Part shown: positions 8,853 through 17,875 of the stretch, piece by piece
Position numbering within the stretch: position 1 is the stretch's first letter
Layout: every line of letters begins with the position of its first letter
Source: a virus
Length of the DNA: 37,550 nucleotides
Virus record (IMG/VR): IMGVR_UViG_3300045988_085446
Span: 1 to 37,550 of that record
Reading direction: 5' to 3' (one strand)
The notes under the pieces: generated by a model
Told to the model about the DNA's origin: nothing
Databases searched by the model: none
What the model saw: only the letters and a program-made list of their open reading frames with translations
Translations under genes and position numbers: made by a program

Positions 8853-9272
8853 TTACTCACTGAACGTCTGATTGAGGATAGAGCCAAGTCGCTTGATGAT
8901 CTTGCTCTTGGTCTTGTCAAAGGCTTTCTGTAAAGGCCTGAGAGGCTTTTTACCATGAGTTGTGTGCCAGTTGCCACGCTCATCCTTATAAGCCCATGGT
9001 TTTTTGCGTCCATTACCTTTCAGTGCGTATTCACCTGTTCCATACTCTTCCCAGATAGCATTCTCAAGAGGATTACCGATAACAGCCTCGCCCTTATCTT
9101 CATCAACATGATGAGTCCATGCTCCTTTGGTCTGTCCTGTGTCTACTCTCGCCTGTGCTCTCTTAGTCTGTGCCTCTACCTCTCCGGCTGCCTCGTACAA
9201 GAATGCAATAACAGCATCATCCAGAGCCGCCTCAACCTTTATTCTGTTGTCTGTGAACTCCACATTTCCCAT
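8853..9272 (-). CDS. HK97 gp10-family head-tail component
   Basis: The pattern FTDNRIKVEAALDDAVIAFLYEAAGEVEAQTKRAQARVDTGQTKGAW resembles the HK97-gp10-like family. Position supports this. Confidence 0.65.
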   Translation of the reverse strand: MGNVEFTDNRIKVEAALDDAVIAFLYEAAGEVEAQTKRAQARVDTGQTKGAWTHHVDEDKGEAVIGNPLENAIWEEYGTGEYALKGNGRKKPWAYKDERGNWHTTHGKKPLRPLQKAFDKTKSKIIKRLGSILNQTFSE

Positions 9273-9610
9273 TACTGCCCTCCTGTATACTTCAGGTAAA
9301 TCTCAAGCTGCTCATGCATGCCCATGGGGTCATCTATCAGCATGATGTCATATACCTGGCCATTAATCACCATACGGCTATTCTCTGACTTTATCATGCC
9401 ACTGAGCTGTTTATAATCAGCTATGAACATATGCGTGGATTCCTGCACCTTGGCATTGTATGTTGTGTACTTGCTGTCACCGCCTGAGAGGTCAAGCCAT
9501 CCGGTCAAGGTATCTTCAGATATCCATGTGACTTCCTGTTCGCCTATCTCATTTCTGGTTATGCTTTTAACCTGTATATCTGCAACTGCATTTCCGCCTA
9601 TTCCTTGCAT
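9272..9610 (-). CDS. Head closure / head-tail adaptor protein (SPP1 gp16-like)
   Basis: 112 aa. Has an ITRNEIGEQEVTW...GWLDLSGG pattern and the order gp6-like > this gene > gp10-like. Confidence 0.6.
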   Translation of the reverse strand: MQGIGGNAVADIQVKSITRNEIGEQEVTWISEDTLTGWLDLSGGDSKYTTYNAKVQESTHMFIADYKQLSGMIKSENSRMVINGQVYDIMLIDDPMGMHEQLEIYLKYTGGQ

Positions 9611-9611
9611 C

Positions 9612-10145
9612 TCAAAACCTCGCTTTCATGTACGGTTTTAAGAAACCAAGAAGTGACTTTGGATATCCCATGAGGGAATTGTCGCCATCCATGTTGAAAT
9701 AGGTCACAGAATGTCTACTGATGCTCTCAGACTGTACACCGACCTTATCCCGGTTGTTCAAATCCCATGAAAGCATGTTGGCTACTCCCAGCTTGATATC
9801 CGTCGGATATACTATCTTTGTCACCATGGCGACCGGTTCGCTTACAAGCTTCTCATTCACCTCTATATGTACATTGTTCATATCCACAGCTTTGATGGTG
9901 TACAAGCCATCGTTGTAGAGTGACTCTGACACCTGTATAGTGTCGCCAACCTTGAACAGCTCTGATGCATACTGGAAGCCTGTCACAGCGTCCACAGGAG
10001 CCACGAACCGCCTGTTCCGATCCTGGAAGTTGTTGTTTGTATACTTTCGGATCAGGAGCTCAAGTGCCTGAAGCTTAGCCTCAAGCACCGGAGTTTTCTC
10101 CTTGGTGTCTACGTACTTCTTAAGTTCATCGACAGTCATGATCAT
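9612..10145 (-). CDS. gp6-like head-tail connector (DNA packaging/QLRG-type) protein
   Basis: The N-terminus MTVDELKKYVDT...LEAKLQALELLIRKYTNNNF is typical of gp6-like connectors. It comes after the capsid gene cluster. Confidence 0.65.
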   Translation of the reverse strand: MIMTVDELKKYVDTKEKTPVLEAKLQALELLIRKYTNNNFQDRNRRFVAPVDAVTGFQYASELFKVGDTIQVSESLYNDGLYTIKAVDMNNVHIEVNEKLVSEPVAMVTKIVYPTDIKLGVANMLSWDLNNRDKVGVQSESISRHSVTYFNMDGDNSLMGYPKSLLGFLKPYMKARF

Positions 10146-10157
10146 ATGACCACCGCC

Positions 10158-10403
10158 TTACTTCTTAGGGATAACAGTATACCCATCATGCTCCGTGAAC
10201 CAATCTGCCATACGCTTTGATGTGATCTCTGCCTTTCCGTTTGCGAACTGGACACCACCGGCGCCAATTCCACAGTAAGCAGTGCTATTATTAACAGATA
10301 CTACCCAGCCTGTAGGCTCACTCTCTGTCTTTGACTCTACTACAGGCTCAACAACTTCATTTGCCTGATCTGCTGTCTTCGTTTCCTTTGTTGCCATATT
10401 CAA
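10158..10403 (-). CDS. Small hypothetical protein following the capsid gene (possible head decoration/auxiliary)
   Basis: 81-aa ORF tightly packed between the capsid and connector genes. No motif recognised. Confidence 0.5.
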   Translation of the reverse strand: MNMATKETKTADQANEVVEPVVESKTESEPTGWVVSVNNSTAYCGIGAGGVQFANGKAEITSKRMADWFTEHDGYTVIPKK

Positions 10404-10417
10404 TCACCCATCCTTCC

Positions 10418-11443
10418 TTATGCAATCTTGATATTTCTGAGTACACCTGCATGCTGTGTATTCTTGAGGACTGTAGCTGCAATCATCTCAACCTCAGCGT
10501 CCTTGACAGTGCCAGGCTCGTTGAAGTTTGGAAGATACTGATCAATCACTGAACCGCCATTCAGGCTGATTCCGTGGAATCCATCGTTTACGTCAAACTT
10601 GACTGCATAGACGTCTGTAAGACCTGTTGTTGCCGAGCTCTCCTTTGCGATGGTTCTTGAAAGTCCCTTCTTGACAACATGGCCAGCAGTTGCAGCACCA
10701 CTGCTTACAGTGTAATAGTCCTGCATATCAACAAGCTTGACACCATCAATAGTAGTGACACGCTTTCCGAATGCTTCCTCACTCTCTGTCTTGTATCCAA
10801 GGATACGAGCCACTGTCTGAATCTTGGTGATCATCTCTGTGTTAGTGAGCACCGCATCAGCATCTGTGGTCTTGACAAGAAGGCTCAGTGCCTCATAGAA
10901 CTCATCAGCATTAGACTTGATCGCTGTGATAGATGACAGATCAATAGCCTTGTCTGTGCCGTATTCTGTCGTTGTTCCCGCAAGCATGGAATCAAGTCCC
11001 TGGAACTCAGGGTGATCAGTTGATGCTGTTGTAGTTGCATCACCATTGATCAGTGTATAGTGGAAGAGGTTTACCACTGCCTTGATATGCTCCTCTATCT
11101 GATATGCCATATTGTCAAAGTTACCTGCTACCCTGTTGAGCACTCTGTCCATCTGAACAGCTCCGCCCATGATTGCAAGATTAGCCTCGCACTCCTGCTT
11201 AGTAGCCGCTGATGCAGTGTAAGAGCCACCTATCTTTCTGAACTCTGCTGTTGCTGGAAGTACCTTTCTGAGATACTTGTACTTCATTGTTGAGCCACCA
11301 CCTGATGCTGATACACAGTCATCAAATGTGAGCATCTGAAGTATTGTTGACTGTCTGAGGAAGATATCCACGATCTGTGAGAATACCTTATCACTCATAC
11401 CCTTCTTGATTTCCTCTAATGTCATTGCCATAGTTTTCACCAT
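10418..11443 (-). CDS. Major capsid protein
   Basis: 341 aa, directly after the scaffold gene, with a composition typical of HK97-fold capsid proteins. The true start may be the 2nd or 3rd ATG (MAMTLEEIKK). Confidence 0.8.
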   Translation of the reverse strand: MVKTMAMTLEEIKKGMSDKVFSQIVDIFLRQSTILQMLTFDDCVSASGGGSTMKYKYLRKVLPATAEFRKIGGSYTASAATKQECEANLAIMGGAVQMDRVLNRVAGNFDNMAYQIEEHIKAVVNLFHYTLINGDATTTASTDHPEFQGLDSMLAGTTTEYGTDKAIDLSSITAIKSNADEFYEALSLLVKTTDADAVLTNTEMITKIQTVARILGYKTESEEAFGKRVTTIDGVKLVDMQDYYTVSSGAATAGHVVKKGLSRTIAKESSATTGLTDVYAVKFDVNDGFHGISLNGGSVIDQYLPNFNEPGTVKDAEVEMIAATVLKNTQHAGVLRNIKIA

Positions 11444-11456
11444 TCCTTTCTACTTA

Positions 11457-12110
11457 TTACTGGGTATTGTCCCCTTCATATTTCTGTCTCAATGCCTCTG
11501 CCAAGTCCTTAGGTTCTGCATTCGTATTGTCCTGATTCCCACTTGGCAGTCTATTCTCAATGATGTGCCTCTTGCCATCATCTGAGCTGGATGAAGCTAT
11601 GAATTGAGCTGGGAACTGTGTCTTTAAGTCTGTGAGCATGCTGTCCCAGCCTTTGATATGACCTTCATCATCAAGCTTAAGCTCCTCATTCTTCTCCTTG
11701 AGGGCTGTCTTGATCTTATAGGTCATGTAATCAGTATCAACCGCATGAGCCTCAAGCAGAGCCACCTTGATAGCTGAATTGACCTTAGTCTCCTCAAGCT
11801 CCTTCTGAAGCCGTGCATTCTCAGTCTCGTAAGTTGATATCTTCTGCTGCATGCCCTCATCACCCTTAGAAGCTTTCTTGAGCTCCTCAATGAGCTTATT
11901 TGCATTGCCAATCTCCGTGTCTTTGCCGGTGATCAGTGTGTTGAGCTTGTCAAGTTCTGAATCATACTTATCTTTGCTGACGTACTTGCCCTCAGACAGA
12001 TCTGTGTATCTTACATGCTTGAGCTTATCTGTCTCTGTGCTGTTCTTCTCGTCAATCTTCGCCTGTACCTGCTTATACAGGTCATCTCCTAACAGTTCCT
12101 TTAATTCCAT
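11457..12110 (-). CDS. Scaffolding protein (GP20-type)
   Basis: Coiled-coil, charged protein. Start moved to the ATG giving MELKELLGDDLYKQVQAKIDE, preceded by AAAGGATGG. The track ORF begins at a GTG at 12143. Confidence 0.75.
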   Translation of the reverse strand: MELKELLGDDLYKQVQAKIDEKNSTETDKLKHVRYTDLSEGKYVSKDKYDSELDKLNTLITGKDTEIGNANKLIEELKKASKGDEGMQQKISTYETENARLQKELEETKVNSAIKVALLEAHAVDTDYMTYKIKTALKEKNEELKLDDEGHIKGWDSMLTDLKTQFPAQFIASSSSDDGKRHIIENRLPSGNQDNTNAEPKDLAEALRQKYEGDNTQ

Positions 12111-12219
12111 TGTTCCATCCTTTCTGGCTTTAAACGTAGCCACACATGGCAGTTATCACTCTTGCCGGAGTTATTCTTTATCGGTCACAGTTTTATTGCC
12201 TTGAGCCGATTTTGGGCAT

Positions 12220-12248
12220 AAAAAAAGACCATGTTTTTACCATGATCT
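12220..12248 (-). terminator. Intrinsic terminator downstream of the DUF2829/Tad2-like gene
   Basis: The minus RNA reads AGAUCAUG-GUAAAAA-CAUGGUCU, an 8-bp stem with one G-U pair, followed by UUUUUUUA. Confidence 0.7.
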
Positions 12249-12265
12249 AAATTAACTATTATTTT

Positions 12266-12733
12266 TTACTCAACTATTACCCAGTCTTCAGCAAGGCAAT
12301 CATTTATACTCGGCACCCACATAGAATGTGAACCATCAACACATCTGATCTGCAGATATGGGTTACACTTGAATAAGTCACCCTCGCTGATTCCCCAGGC
12401 TTCTGCGGTCTGCTTGTTACATGGTATGCCATCAGGATATCCCTTCTGGAATACAACAAACATTCCTTTGCCATTCCAACCCTTTCTTGCAACTCTGAAG
12501 CCCTTCTTGAGCATTTCAAGAGCAATCCCAAACGTCATGTTGTCACATGGTCTGTATGCTTCGTTAAACTGCTTCTCCGGCGACCAGCTCTCATATCCAT
12601 CTGAATATCTTACGAGATAGCCTTCATCTGCTGGATTTTCTTCCGTTGGAATCTGCCATCCTCTGTAATTGTTATAGTCGCCTCTTGTCATCGTTTTTGC
12701 CTCAATCTGTTTTGTTCCTACATACTTCTTCAT
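12266..12733 (-). CDS. Two-domain protein with C-terminal DUF2829 (Tad2-like) domain
   Basis: The C-terminal half MTFGIALEMLKKGFRVARKGWNGKGMFVVFQ...PYLQIRCVDGSHSMWVPSINDCLAEDWVIVE follows the DUF2829 consensus as I remember it. The N-terminal half is VGTKQIEAKTMTRGDYNNYRGW...GYESWSPEKQFNEAY. Strong RBS AGGAGGA. Confidence 0.75.
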   Translation of the reverse strand: MKKYVGTKQIEAKTMTRGDYNNYRGWQIPTEENPADEGYLVRYSDGYESWSPEKQFNEAYRPCDNMTFGIALEMLKKGFRVARKGWNGKGMFVVFQKGYPDGIPCNKQTAEAWGISEGDLFKCNPYLQIRCVDGSHSMWVPSINDCLAEDWVIVE

Positions 12734-12774
12734 TCTCTTATCCTCCTATTTTTGTGCATTAAAAAAGCACCCTG

Positions 12775-12966
12775 CTACTGCGGAGTGCTATCGTAAATAC
12801 TTTCAAATTTATATCCGTTGTCGCCATCAATATTTTTTTCGTGATTTATTTTATTCCAAAAAACATCTTCTGGGATTCCATCCGGATATGCTTTGCAATG
12901 GAATGTATTATTATCTTTTTTTCCTATAAAATTTTTGCAATCCAAACACTGAGAAAAAATAACCAT
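12775..12966 (-). CDS. Small Cys-rich hypothetical protein, translationally coupled to MuF
   Basis: 63 aa with CLDC...HCKAYPDGIPEDV. Its ATG overlaps the MuF stop codon (TAATG). Confidence 0.6.
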   Translation of the reverse strand: MVIFSQCLDCKNFIGKKDNNTFHCKAYPDGIPEDVFWNKINHEKNIDGDNGYKFESIYDSTPQ

Positions 12967-14495
12967 TACTTTACCTTCTTTAATACATATTTTTCTAGTA
13001 ATTTCATAATATTTGTTGGCAATTCTTCACCATGTCTATATTTTACAAACGCTTCTGCTATTGTTTCAGCTCCATCATACGTACTATCCGCATATAATGA
13101 AACACCTCTAATAAACTGTTCCCTAACTTTCTCTTCCATTTGTAAAAATAAACCATATGTATCGCAATTTTGAAATGTTAGTACATGCGCCATCTCATGT
13201 GCGATTAAGTCTTCAACATTTTGAGCGGCCAACACATTATTATTATGGTTTCTCATAATTCTAGCAGAAAATGCTTCTAGACTCCCATTAAAATCATAAT
13301 CTTTATTCAACACAAGTTTGTATTTCAAAAAACCGCCAACATTCTCTGGAACATACTGAAATGGCACTTTTTCATTGCCACTACCTAAACTTTCTAAATC
13401 AATATTGTTTATACGTACATTGTATTCTTCTTTTATCTTATCAAATGCATCACAAATGGCTTGCTTTGTTTCATTTGACATTCCCTTTATATTGTCGGTT
13501 TCTGACGGTAATTCAATTTTCTTTATTTTAACACTATTTTTTATATTATCAATATCTTCCTGGGTTATTCCCAAATACTTTCTCTGGTACTCCTCAAACT
13601 CTTTTGTCTTGTCAAGATCAAAGTATGTTGCCCTGTCCTTTAGAGCCTGAAGCTCTTCATCATCCAGCGCCCACCTTGCTCTCTGCAATAAGCAACAACG
13701 ACAGTTGCAGTCCTCTGCCGGATCTCCAAACATTCCAGGAGCCTCAACCTTGAGGTTTGCAACCTCAAAAGGCTCATCCACTTCCCTGATCTGTCCATCA
13801 AGCATCTGATGATGTTCTCTCGTGGCTCCGTCAAGGGTGGCATCCCACTGCTTCACTATGTCCGCTCCTTTGCTCTTTGCTACGTGCTGAGCGTCCAGCG
13901 CTGACTGTACCTGTATACGATGCCCTTCAGTCCTCGCAATGCGGATAGAATTGTTATAAGCCCTCTGGAACGGTGTATTTGCCATATGTCTTGAGAGCTT
14001 ACCAGCTACTTCATTCCACGTTGAGCCATTTGCAATGCCTCTTGATACCTCTGCTCTGACCGCTTTTTCGAGGTATGTCACATCCTCGCCCATCTTGTCG
14101 TAGAGCGACTTACTGAGCTTGCTGTCCGTCTGAATAGCTCTCACAACTGCCGCCTGATCTATCGGCATGATGATCGGAATACCTGTCTGCTGCAAGTCAT
14201 ACATGACACCTGTATATCCATTCCTGTAGCACTTCGTAAGATAATCAGACACCGTTGCATAGGAATTTGACTGCAAGTTGCTTAGAGCACCTTCAAGTTG
14301 TGCTTTCAAAGCCTCCTGATATTGTTTCTGGTATATGATGCTCTGCAAATTCTCCATGTCAGTTCTTGCAGACAACTCTCTGATCTTCTGCTCACAGTCT
14401 TTCAATGCCTGCTTATATGTATTCTTCAGGCTGGCAATAGTTTTTTCCTCGTTATGCAGTTGTTCCTCAATTACTTCTTTCTGTCTCTTATTCAT
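12966..14495 (-). CDS. Head morphogenesis protein, SPP1 gp7/Mu F family, with extra C-terminal HExxH (Zn-metallopeptidase-like) module
   Basis: MuF-type core NSIRIARTEGHRIQVQS...WDATLDGATREHHQMLDGQ...CNCRCC. HEMAH is encoded at 13185..13199. Probable ATG at 14495, 1 nt after the upstream stop; the track ORF starts at TTG 14507. Confidence 0.8.
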   Translation of the reverse strand: MNKRQKEVIEEQLHNEEKTIASLKNTYKQALKDCEQKIRELSARTDMENLQSIIYQKQYQEALKAQLEGALSNLQSNSYATVSDYLTKCYRNGYTGVMYDLQQTGIPIIMPIDQAAVVRAIQTDSKLSKSLYDKMGEDVTYLEKAVRAEVSRGIANGSTWNEVAGKLSRHMANTPFQRAYNNSIRIARTEGHRIQVQSALDAQHVAKSKGADIVKQWDATLDGATREHHQMLDGQIREVDEPFEVANLKVEAPGMFGDPAEDCNCRCCLLQRARWALDDEELQALKDRATYFDLDKTKEFEEYQRKYLGITQEDIDNIKNSVKIKKIELPSETDNIKGMSNETKQAICDAFDKIKEEYNVRINNIDLESLGSGNEKVPFQYVPENVGGFLKYKLVLNKDYDFNGSLEAFSARIMRNHNNNVLAAQNVEDLIAHEMAHVLTFQNCDTYGLFLQMEEKVREQFIRGVSLYADSTYDGAETIAEAFVKYRHGEELPTNIMKLLEKYVLKKVK

Positions 14496-14496
14496 A

Positions 14497-15039
14497 TCAC
14501 ATTTCAATAGACATCGTAAAAGCTCTTATTTCCCCTGGTTTGATTGTTACCGGTTCGAATACTTCTCTTGCAAGCATCATTCTGTAATATTCCCCGGTTT
14601 GGTCTATGCTATTATCAACCGAAGCTGCTATGAACCATCCCATTTCTGACACAGTTATATCTTCGATGCTATTGTTTCTCACAGTTATCGTAACTACTCG
14701 ATTTGTTTTGTACTCCTCTTTGTAAGCTTGTGCGATGTTTACGACGTGCAATCCAGAATCGCTATAAACGCATGGAGATTCTAATTTGTAATCATCACTC
14801 GTCGGGGCTGTTGTTCCACTTCCGACAAAAATCATGCTTCCGTAATAAAAATTATCGAGTGTGAAATCACCAGTTGGTGCTAATCTCCACAAGCACTGTG
14901 CAAAAACCTCCATTGCATTATTATAACCTAATGCACGTGTGACCTTTTGTATATCACCTGTTATGCCTTTGTATATCATCTTCATCTGCATTTGCGATGT
15001 ATATGCATTGAACACTTGCATAAAATTTGGCATTATCAT
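14497..15039 (-). CDS. Hypothetical protein (partner of the fibre-like gene)
   Basis: 180-aa ORF tightly packed between the fibre-like gene and MuF. No motif recognised. Confidence 0.55.
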   Translation of the reverse strand: MIMPNFMQVFNAYTSQMQMKMIYKGITGDIQKVTRALGYNNAMEVFAQCLWRLAPTGDFTLDNFYYGSMIFVGSGTTAPTSDDYKLESPCVYSDSGLHVVNIAQAYKEEYKTNRVVTITVRNNSIEDITVSEMGWFIAASVDNSIDQTGEYYRMMLAREVFEPVTIKPGEIRAFTMSIEM

Positions 15040-15053
15040 TTTTCGTTTACCTC

Positions 15054-16412
15054 CTACATTAACTCTTTTACTGCTGTAAATTCTTCTGTTCCTTTGTTTT
15101 CAAAATAAGTATTAGAAACATTGTCATAAAGCTTCGGTTTGTTATCTGCATCATATTTTGGTACAAAATCACGAACAAGGGTATCTCCATCATAAATTTT
15201 GCAATAGTAAATGTCTCCTATTTCACCAGATGTTAATACCTTTATATGAGAATCTCCAAACCCATACTCAAATGTTCCAACCTCATTTCCCTTTGCTATA
15301 TAACTACCAGATTCAATATCTTTAATGTAATTATTTCCAAGCTCAAATTCATACGTTTTTGTTGTATCAATCAAACCGCCTATAATTCTATGCCCATCAC
15401 CGCCGTAGTCCATATACCAATTATTACCATATCCAAAAAATCTAAGTGCCTGATCTCCACTTAACATCATTCCGACAAATATCGCTCCTGTTGCTTTCTG
15501 CATCTTAAATTTAAGCTGTATTTTTATAGTTGATTTTCCGTTTATTCCCGTGTCAACCCAGCTGTTTCCATCAGAATGCACGGCGGCAAATTTTTCTTCA
15601 AGCTTGCGACTTGTAACCTTTGTCTTTATTGCTTCACCCACATGTGTGATTGCCCCGATCTGGTTTGATGTATGTGTTTTTATGCTATTGCCGACTTTTG
15701 TTATCACAGAACCACTACCGCCAGTGCTTCCGCCGCTAGTCTTAATATCTAAAATGTTGTCATGCATCGTCTGGAATGTCGCATCTGTCGCCGTCTCAAC
15801 ACCTTTTTCAGTGATGGCAGATGCAACGAGACTTTTTCCATCACTGACAGATTTTTTTAGATTTTCTTCCGTTTCTTCTATTTTTTTTAACCGATCACCA
15901 ACAATCTTTGCATCTGCCGCTTCACCGGATATGGACAAAGTAGGGTCGACCTTAATCAAATATTTCATAAACTGTGCAATGATGTCTTTCTCCTGTTCAC
16001 TGTCTATTGCCTTTCCAAGTTCGCAACCATCAAGAACCTTTCCAACTGCAAGTTCTGTATTGTATTCCTGTGTTATATTTGATTCTTCATCTACCTTGGT
16101 AAAGCAGATCACGAAACCAACCGTACCAGGGACTCTGCAAGCCGTAGCACCTACAAGCCATGAGAATGTGATATAATCTTCATCGGTCACAGCTAAGTCA
16201 TCGACAGCATAACAATCCGTCTCATTATCCTCATTCACATAATTGACCTTTATGCTAAACTCAGACATATCATTCTTTTTATAATATCTCGGCATTTTAA
16301 AATGCTTTCTTGTCACATTTTTATCATGATATACTCCGAGTATCTTCTCATTTCCCGGAAGTGTAATCTTTCTCAAATTGCTATCTATTTTGCAATATGT
16401 TACATTCTCCAT
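15054..16412 (-). CDS. Fibre / receptor-binding-like protein (BppU-N-like N-terminus, GEAADAKIVGDRL motif, jelly-roll-like C-terminus)
   Basis: The motif DPTLSISGEAADAKIVGDRL is common in phage fibre proteins. The C-terminal pattern GDIYYCKIYDGDTLVRDFVP...LYDNVSNTYFENKGTEEF is typical of fibre tip domains. Confidence 0.6.
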   Translation of the reverse strand: MENVTYCKIDSNLRKITLPGNEKILGVYHDKNVTRKHFKMPRYYKKNDMSEFSIKVNYVNEDNETDCYAVDDLAVTDEDYITFSWLVGATACRVPGTVGFVICFTKVDEESNITQEYNTELAVGKVLDGCELGKAIDSEQEKDIIAQFMKYLIKVDPTLSISGEAADAKIVGDRLKKIEETEENLKKSVSDGKSLVASAITEKGVETATDATFQTMHDNILDIKTSGGSTGGSGSVITKVGNSIKTHTSNQIGAITHVGEAIKTKVTSRKLEEKFAAVHSDGNSWVDTGINGKSTIKIQLKFKMQKATGAIFVGMMLSGDQALRFFGYGNNWYMDYGGDGHRIIGGLIDTTKTYEFELGNNYIKDIESGSYIAKGNEVGTFEYGFGDSHIKVLTSGEIGDIYYCKIYDGDTLVRDFVPKYDADNKPKLYDNVSNTYFENKGTEEFTAVKELM

Positions 16413-16414
16413 CT

Positions 16415-17875
16415 TTATTCTTCACCACCAGTCTCTACATTTACCTTTTTCAACAGATCCTGCGCTTTTTTCGTATCGTCTTCTTCCTTTGCCGGCAGCT
16501 TGTCCTTGATCTCGTCATAATCAATATCAAGCCAGTCACAGATAGCTTTGATAATCGTCTCATCATCAAACATGCTTGCAACATCGAGTATTGTATTGAT
16601 CTCTGTCTGCCTTACCTGAGCCTCTGTAAGCTCTATCTGTGCATTTTCCTGAGCGTTGCTCATTATCTCGTGAGCGAACTCAAAATGAACATCCTCAGCC
16701 TTGTATGCCTTATTCTCAGCCTTATTTATCTCGTCAACAACTATCTCTACTATCTTCCTCAAGAACTTTCTAAGAGCTTTCTCTATCTTTTTTGCCTTAA
16801 GGTCAAGGAGCGAATAAGCCGCCTTGATAGCTATATTCGTAGTGGCTGATGTATCCTTGAGACCGGCGGTGTTCAACCCCATGCCGAACCTGTATATATT
16901 CTTTTCATCAAGCTCCAGTTTTGCCTGTCTTGCCTGGTATGGGACGTCAACAGTCTTGACATCTACGTCACCATCCTCACCTACACCTATGATCTTCTTT
17001 GTTTTGAGGTTTGTCTGAAGCTCATTCAGGTTGTCTCCCTGAAAGCCTTTGATAGCATATAGTGGGGAGTCAAAGTCTATGAGGTTGTTTGACAGGCTTG
17101 AGGCCATCAGGTCGTAGTCATCTATAAGTGGTTTGACAGGCTTAAGACTTGAGAACTGCTTCTTGTTGTTATCCAGCCGGAAGAATGGAATATAGCCAAA
17201 TCCATCAAAGTAGGTGGCCTTATCTCCATTATTCTTTGTGTAAAGTACATGAGGCTTTGGGTTGATTGGTTCAGTATCATCTAACACCACCGCCCCATTA
17301 TTAACCTGGACATAATAATATGTCTGCTTATCATCCCAGACCTGTATTCTCTCGATGGTCTTGTGTACTTTGTCTATCCTGTCTGTATAGTGGTATATCG
17401 TGTATGCACAGCCATCGTCCGTGTCCTTGGCTCTGACCTCAATAACTCCGATACTGTCAGCATTGGCAAATGACATCATATCCTTGGCATTCTTGTATGC
17501 GTACATATACGCAAAGCCTTTGACCTGCATATCTGTGATGGTGTCGGAGAACTCAGACATGAACTCATCATTGTTGTTAAAATACTTGTCCATGTGCTTC
17601 TGCAGTTCAGTGTCGTTGGACTTTACAATGCCATCCCCTGATAGGATATACTGGGTGCACTGGTCAACCAGCTCTGTGAAGAATGGATGTGGTATCTTCA
17701 CGTTGCTTCTAGTCTTGTCCTCTACCAGTTCGCCGTCCGCATTGTAGTAAAACAGTCTATACTTCTTTATGTCGTGATTGCCATCATAATATCGTTCACC
17801 AACTCTGGCGAATTGTTTTTTATCAGATGTTCTGTCACTGTCTATCAGCTCTTTTATTTCATCAATAGTTAGCAT
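16415..17875 (-). CDS. Portal protein (SPP1 Gp6-like)
   Basis: 486 aa directly after TerL. N-terminal pattern IDEIKELIDSD...RVGERYYDGNHDI. ATG start. Confidence 0.85.
   Translation of the reverse strand: MLTIDEIKELIDSDRTSDKKQFARVGERYYDGNHDIKKYRLFYYNADGELVEDKTRSNVKIPHPFFTELVDQCTQYILSGDGIVKSNDTELQKHMDKYFNNNDEFMSEFSDTITDMQVKGFAYMYAYKNAKDMMSFANADSIGVIEVRAKDTDDGCAYTIYHYTDRIDKVHKTIERIQVWDDKQTYYYVQVNNGAVVLDDTEPINPKPHVLYTKNNGDKATYFDGFGYIPFFRLDNNKKQFSSLKPVKPLIDDYDLMASSLSNNLIDFDSPLYAIKGFQGDNLNELQTNLKTKKIIGVGEDGDVDVKTVDVPYQARQAKLELDEKNIYRFGMGLNTAGLKDTSATTNIAIKAAYSLLDLKAKKIEKALRKFLRKIVEIVVDEINKAENKAYKAEDVHFEFAHEIMSNAQENAQIELTEAQVRQTEINTILDVASMFDDETIIKAICDWLDIDYDEIKDKLPAKEEDDTKKAQDLLKKVNVETGGEE

Noticed and set aside
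8792-9013. 73-aa minus-strand ORF overlapping the HK97-gp10-like and tail-terminator-like genes (and similar nested ORFs such as 1035..1226, 11723..11911, 13640..13843, 25088..25282, 30667..30933)
   Set aside because: All are nested out of frame inside longer genes with recognisable family patterns. They are Arg/Ser/Cys-rich and lack an RBS.
15550-16176. 208-aa plus-strand ORF antisense to the fibre-like gene
   Set aside because: It is fully nested in a minus-strand gene with recognisable fibre motifs. The translation is Ser/Phe/Val-rich, without motifs or a start context.
14497-16412. Fibre-like gene pair considered as a diversity-generating retroelement target
   Set aside because: There is no reverse transcriptase gene anywhere in the circle. 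I saw no template/variable repeat pair matching the 3' end of the gene.
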